From Candidatus Limnocylindrales bacterium (GTDB lineage Bacteria > Chloroflexota > Limnocylindria > Limnocylindrales > CSP1-4): a stretch of DNA of 56,660 bases. The DNA lies in assembly GCA_038329515.1 (NCBI GenBank), contig JBBQNA010000002.1, forward strand, positions 1-56,660, written 5' to 3'. How positions within the stretch are numbered: the stretch's first letter is position 1; every line of letters begins with the position of its first letter. Below, one piece after another: positions 53,422 through 56,660 of the stretch. A model generated the notes under the pieces. That model did not search any database. It worked only from the letters and a program-made list of their open reading frames with translations, and was not told the DNA's origin. The position numbers were made by a program, and so were the translations under genes.

Positions 53422-55038
53422 TCAGGAGCGTTTGCGGTCCGCGATGACCTCGCGCGCCGCGTTCCGACCGGGGACGCCCGTCACGCCGCCACCCGGGTGG
53501 GCGCCGGAGCCGCACAGGTACAGACCCTCAAGCGGCATGCGATATCGCGCATAGCCCAGCATCGGGCGCCAGGCGAACCACTGGTCCAGGCTGGGCTCGC
53601 CGTGGAGCGGATGACCGCCGGTCATGCCCAGGTCACGCTCCATGTCCGCCGGGGTGTGCATCTGCCGGGCGACGACCAGCGCACCGATGCCCGGTGCCAC
53701 GGACTCCAGCACGGCCATGGTCCGTGCCAGGAGCGTGTCACGTGCCGTGTCCCAGCTGTCATCACGCAGCTGGCGCGGGGCGGACTGGACCAGGACGCTC
53801 ATCACGTGCCGGACACCGGACGCCGCGGCACCATCGACCAGCAACGGGTCCGTGAGGCTGGGGATGGTCGCTTCCAGCCACGGCTGGTCACTCATGCGGC
53901 CGTACTTGGCGGCGTCATGCGCCACGTCCAGGTAGCGCACGGACGGCGCAACCAGCAGCCGACCACGCAGCCGCACCGCGGCGTCGTCACCGGTCAGCCC
54001 GCTGAAGCGAGGCAACTCCGACAGGGCGAGGCTCACCTTGGCCGTGACCCCGGACTGGCGCAGGTTGCCGGCCTGCCAGCCGAGTCGGGGCCCCAGGACC
54101 TCCGGGTCCACGAGGTCCAGCAACGTCTGCCGCGGGTCGAGCCCGCTGACCACGACAGCCGCCGTCAATTCCTCACCCGACGCGAGCGCGATGCCCGTGG
54201 CGCGACCACCGGCCGAGCGCACGGCCACGACCTGGGAACCGGTGCGGATCTCGGCACCCGCCCGTCTGGCGGCCGATGCCAGCGCCGACGCCAGCGCCCC
54301 GGGTCCGCCCCGGGCGTACACAGTCTCGCCTGCAGCACCCCCATCGTTGCCCGCGGAGTCCGCGAGCAGCACCTGGGTCGTGCCGGCCGAGTGGGGACCC
54401 ATGGAGGAGTAGCGGATGCCCCGGACGGCCAGCATCGCGCGCAGCGCATCGGTTTCGAACCGGTCCTCCAGGAAGTCCGCCACCGATTGCGGCAGGACGC
54501 GCAGCAGTGCCCGGCCATGTGCCTCGTCGAGGCCGCGCAGGTGCATCCCCAGGCGCAGCGCCGAGAGCACGTCCCCGGGGGCCGCCCCGGATGGATCGGG
54601 CGGCGTGATGGTCATCAGCCGGGACAGCACGCCGGACAGCGTCCGGACCTCCGCATCGAAGGCTGGCCACGCAGCACCGTCGGCGCGCGACACGATGGCC
54701 AGCTCGCTCGCGGTCCGTGTGGTGTCGCCCCAGAGGGTGATGGCGGGACCGTCCGTGCGCAGCGAGGTGACCCGTGCTGCCGGCTGGACCAGGCGCAGGC
54801 CATCCGCGGCAAGACCCAGCTCACGCGCGATGGAGCCCCGCAGCCGACCCACGGTGTGGGCGTACACCGGGATCCGCGCGCCGGGCACGATCTCCGCGGT
54901 CGCCAACGCCCCGCCGACCGACGGTCGCTGCTCGACCACGAGCGTGCTCAGGCCACTCCTGGCGAGGTACGTGGCACACACCAGGGCGTTGTGGCCGCCA
55001 CCCAGGACGATGGCATCCCACGTCGCGGTCGTCGTCAT
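53422..55038 (-). CDS. phytoene-desaturase-family (CrtI-like) NAD(P)/FAD-dependent oxidoreductase
   Basis: Trimmed to the ATG at 55038 (ATGA overlap with the upstream stop). ...WDAIVLGGGHNALVCATYLARSG.... C-terminal ...LCGSGAHPGGGVTGVPGRNAA.... Confidence 0.82.
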   Translation of the reverse strand: MTTTATWDAIVLGGGHNALVCATYLARSGLSTLVVEQRPSVGGALATAEIVPGARIPVYAHTVGRLRGSIARELGLAADGLRLVQPAARVTSLRTDGPAITLWGDTTRTASELAIVSRADGAAWPAFDAEVRTLSGVLSRLMTITPPDPSGAAPGDVLSALRLGMHLRGLDEAHGRALLRVLPQSVADFLEDRFETDALRAMLAVRGIRYSSMGPHSAGTTQVLLADSAGNDGGAAGETVYARGGPGALASALASAARRAGAEIRTGSQVVAVRSAGGRATGIALASGEELTAAVVVSGLDPRQTLLDLVDPEVLGPRLGWQAGNLRQSGVTAKVSLALSELPRFSGLTGDDAAVRLRGRLLVAPSVRYLDVAHDAAKYGRMSDQPWLEATIPSLTDPLLVDGAAASGVRHVMSVLVQSAPRQLRDDSWDTARDTLLARTMAVLESVAPGIGALVVARQMHTPADMERDLGMTGGHPLHGEPSLDQWFAWRPMLGYARYRMPLEGLYLCGSGAHPGGGVTGVPGRNAAREVIADRKRS

Positions 55039-56651
55039 GCCGCCTCCCCACCCTTCTGGCGCAACAGCTCGAGCGCGGCGATGCGCCCTGGGGCGCCCAT
55101 GATGCCGCCGCCCGGGTGCGCCGACGAGCCGCACAGCCAGAGGTCGTTGATGGGTGTCCGGAAGCGTGCCCAGCCGGGAGCCGGGCGGTTGACGAACAGC
55201 TGCTCCAGGGACAACTCGCCCTGGAAGATGTTGCCTTCCGTGAGGCCCATCGTGCGTTCGATATCGAGTGGGGTCAGCACCTGTCGATGGAGGATGAGGC
55301 TCCGGATATTCGGCGCCCGTTCGGCGAGCGTGTCCACGACCGCGTCGCCAAAGGCCTCGCGCTGGTCGTCCCAGGTCCCCTCCGCCAGCTTGTACGGCGC
55401 GTACTGCACGAAGCAGCTGACGATGTGCTTGCCGGGCGGCGCCATGCGCGGGTCGACCAGGGTCGGGATGACCATATCCACATACGGCCGCTGGCTGAAC
55501 CGGCCGCCCTTGGCGTCGTCGTACGCCTGCTCCATGTAGTCCAGCGAGGGGGAGAAGCTGATGGCCCCGCGCAGGTGCTCACCGGGGCCGGGCATGATCG
55601 TGAAGTCGGGCAATCCATCGAGCGCCAGGTTGACCTTGCCCGATGAGCCCCGGAACCGGAACTGGCGGATGGACGCCTCGAAGTCCGGCTCCAGGGTGCC
55701 CGACTCGATGAGGTCCAGGAAGGTCACCTTGGCATCGGTCGAGGCCAGGACCGCAGCGGCGCTGATCTCCTCACCCGACTCCAGCACCACTCCAGTCGCG
55801 CGGCCGTCACGGATGGTGATGTGGTCGACCGGCGCCTCGGTCCGGATCTCCGCCCCGAACGAGCGTGCCGACGACGCGATCGCCTCGCTGACGCCGCCCG
55901 TGCCGCCACGCGGGATGACCCAGGCCCGGAACGCGCCATCGATCTCGCCCATGTAGTGATGCAGCAGGACATATGCGGTACCCGGCGATCGCACCCCCTG
56001 GTAGGTGCCGATGATGCCCGACGCGGACATGGTCGCCTTGAGCGGCGCCGTCTCGAACCACTGGTCCAGGAAGTCCGCGGCGCTCATGGTCATGAGCTGC
56101 ACGAAGGCGGTCTGCTGCCGGCGGGGCAGCTTGCTGAAGTCGCGCAGCAGGCTGCCGAGGGGCATCGCATCACGCGGGTCCGGTCGACGCGGATCCACGG
56201 GCGTGATGCCCAGGATGGGCTTGATGAAGCGCGCCATCTCGACCATCAGCAGGCCGTACTCGCTGTATGCCTCCGCGTCCTGGGCTGACCAGCGGCGGAT
56301 CTCGCGCATCGTCTGGGCGTGATCGTCCGTGCGCCACAGGTAGTCGTCATCGAGGGGCGTGAAGGTGCCATCGAGGGGCAGGATGCGCAGCCCATGCCTG
56401 GGCAGCTGCAGGTCGCGGATGATCTCGGGTCGCAGCAGGCTCACGACGTAGCTCGCCACGCTGAACCGGAAGCCCGGGAAGACCTCTTCGGTGACTGCCG
56501 CGCCGCCCAGCACGTGCCGCCGCTCCAGGACGAGTGTCTTGAGACCGCCCCGCGCCAGGTAGGCCGCACTGACCAGCCCGTTGTGACCCCCGCCGATGAT
56601 CACGGCGTCGTAGCGCTGGGGCACGGTCCCTCCTCTCTCGATCGATGGCAC
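55035..56651 (-). CDS. phytoene-desaturase-family (CrtI-like) NAD(P)/FAD-dependent oxidoreductase, tandem paralogue
   Basis: ...YDAVIIGGGHNGLVSAAYLARGG...GGAAVTEEVFPGFRFSVASY.... C-terminal ...LCGSSAHPGGGIMGAPGRIAA.... Confidence 0.85.
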   Translation of the reverse strand: MPSIERGGTVPQRYDAVIIGGGHNGLVSAAYLARGGLKTLVLERRHVLGGAAVTEEVFPGFRFSVASYVVSLLRPEIIRDLQLPRHGLRILPLDGTFTPLDDDYLWRTDDHAQTMREIRRWSAQDAEAYSEYGLLMVEMARFIKPILGITPVDPRRPDPRDAMPLGSLLRDFSKLPRRQQTAFVQLMTMSAADFLDQWFETAPLKATMSASGIIGTYQGVRSPGTAYVLLHHYMGEIDGAFRAWVIPRGGTGGVSEAIASSARSFGAEIRTEAPVDHITIRDGRATGVVLESGEEISAAAVLASTDAKVTFLDLIESGTLEPDFEASIRQFRFRGSSGKVNLALDGLPDFTIMPGPGEHLRGAISFSPSLDYMEQAYDDAKGGRFSQRPYVDMVIPTLVDPRMAPPGKHIVSCFVQYAPYKLAEGTWDDQREAFGDAVVDTLAERAPNIRSLILHRQVLTPLDIERTMGLTEGNIFQGELSLEQLFVNRPAPGWARFRTPINDLWLCGSSAHPGGGIMGAPGRIAALELLRQKGGEAA

Positions 56652-56660
56652 ACGGACGCG

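Overview
This is a very GC-rich bacterial chromosomal window. I recognised no rRNA, tRNA, CRISPR array, transposase or integrase. About 45 protein-coding genes look intact, and most are housekeeping.

Main gene content:
- moaA, acs, an MscS channel, a NarL-type two-component system with an ABC-2 exporter, PolX, and a GGDEF cyclase.
- birA, aspartokinase, an NrtR-like Nudix protein, thrB-thrC-hom, trpS, an AI-2E transporter, and two tandem CrtI-like oxidoreductases.
- The dominant structure is a 12-gene minus-strand operon (39869 down to 30084). Almost every junction is a stop/start overlap. The order is ECF sigma, anti-sigma, accD, accA, a lysine-less BCCP paralogue, accC, fabZ, a metallophosphoesterase, fabF, the true accB, fabH, fabG.

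Unusual non-coding and decayed sequence:
- At least six decayed genes or gene fragments: SulP, a SHOCT stub, an arylsulfatase C-terminus, an ABC permease with an in-frame TAG, an Nramp C-terminus, and an hsdM-rhuM-hsdS type I R-M wreck.
- Almost every larger spacer carries a short tandem repeat.
- In two places (polX and birA) the repeat reiterates the start codon plus the first 8 codons. This makes chains of identical 8-codon mini-ORFs linked by overlapping stop/start codons.
- Three spacers share a conserved roughly 20-27 nt end motif (TCCGGnnTCAGCGAAY...) with an inverted partner about 180-215 nt away.

I found no complete, recognisable defence or mobile system. The best candidates for something undescribed are:
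- the 1038-aa Zn-ribbon methylase-like protein with a degenerate catalytic motif (QPPI) and a nuclease-like C-terminus;
- the sigma/anti-sigma-coupled ACC/FAS operon with a biotin-less BCCP;
- the start-codon-reiterating repeat relays.

All family assignments come from motif recognition by eye. No database search was run.
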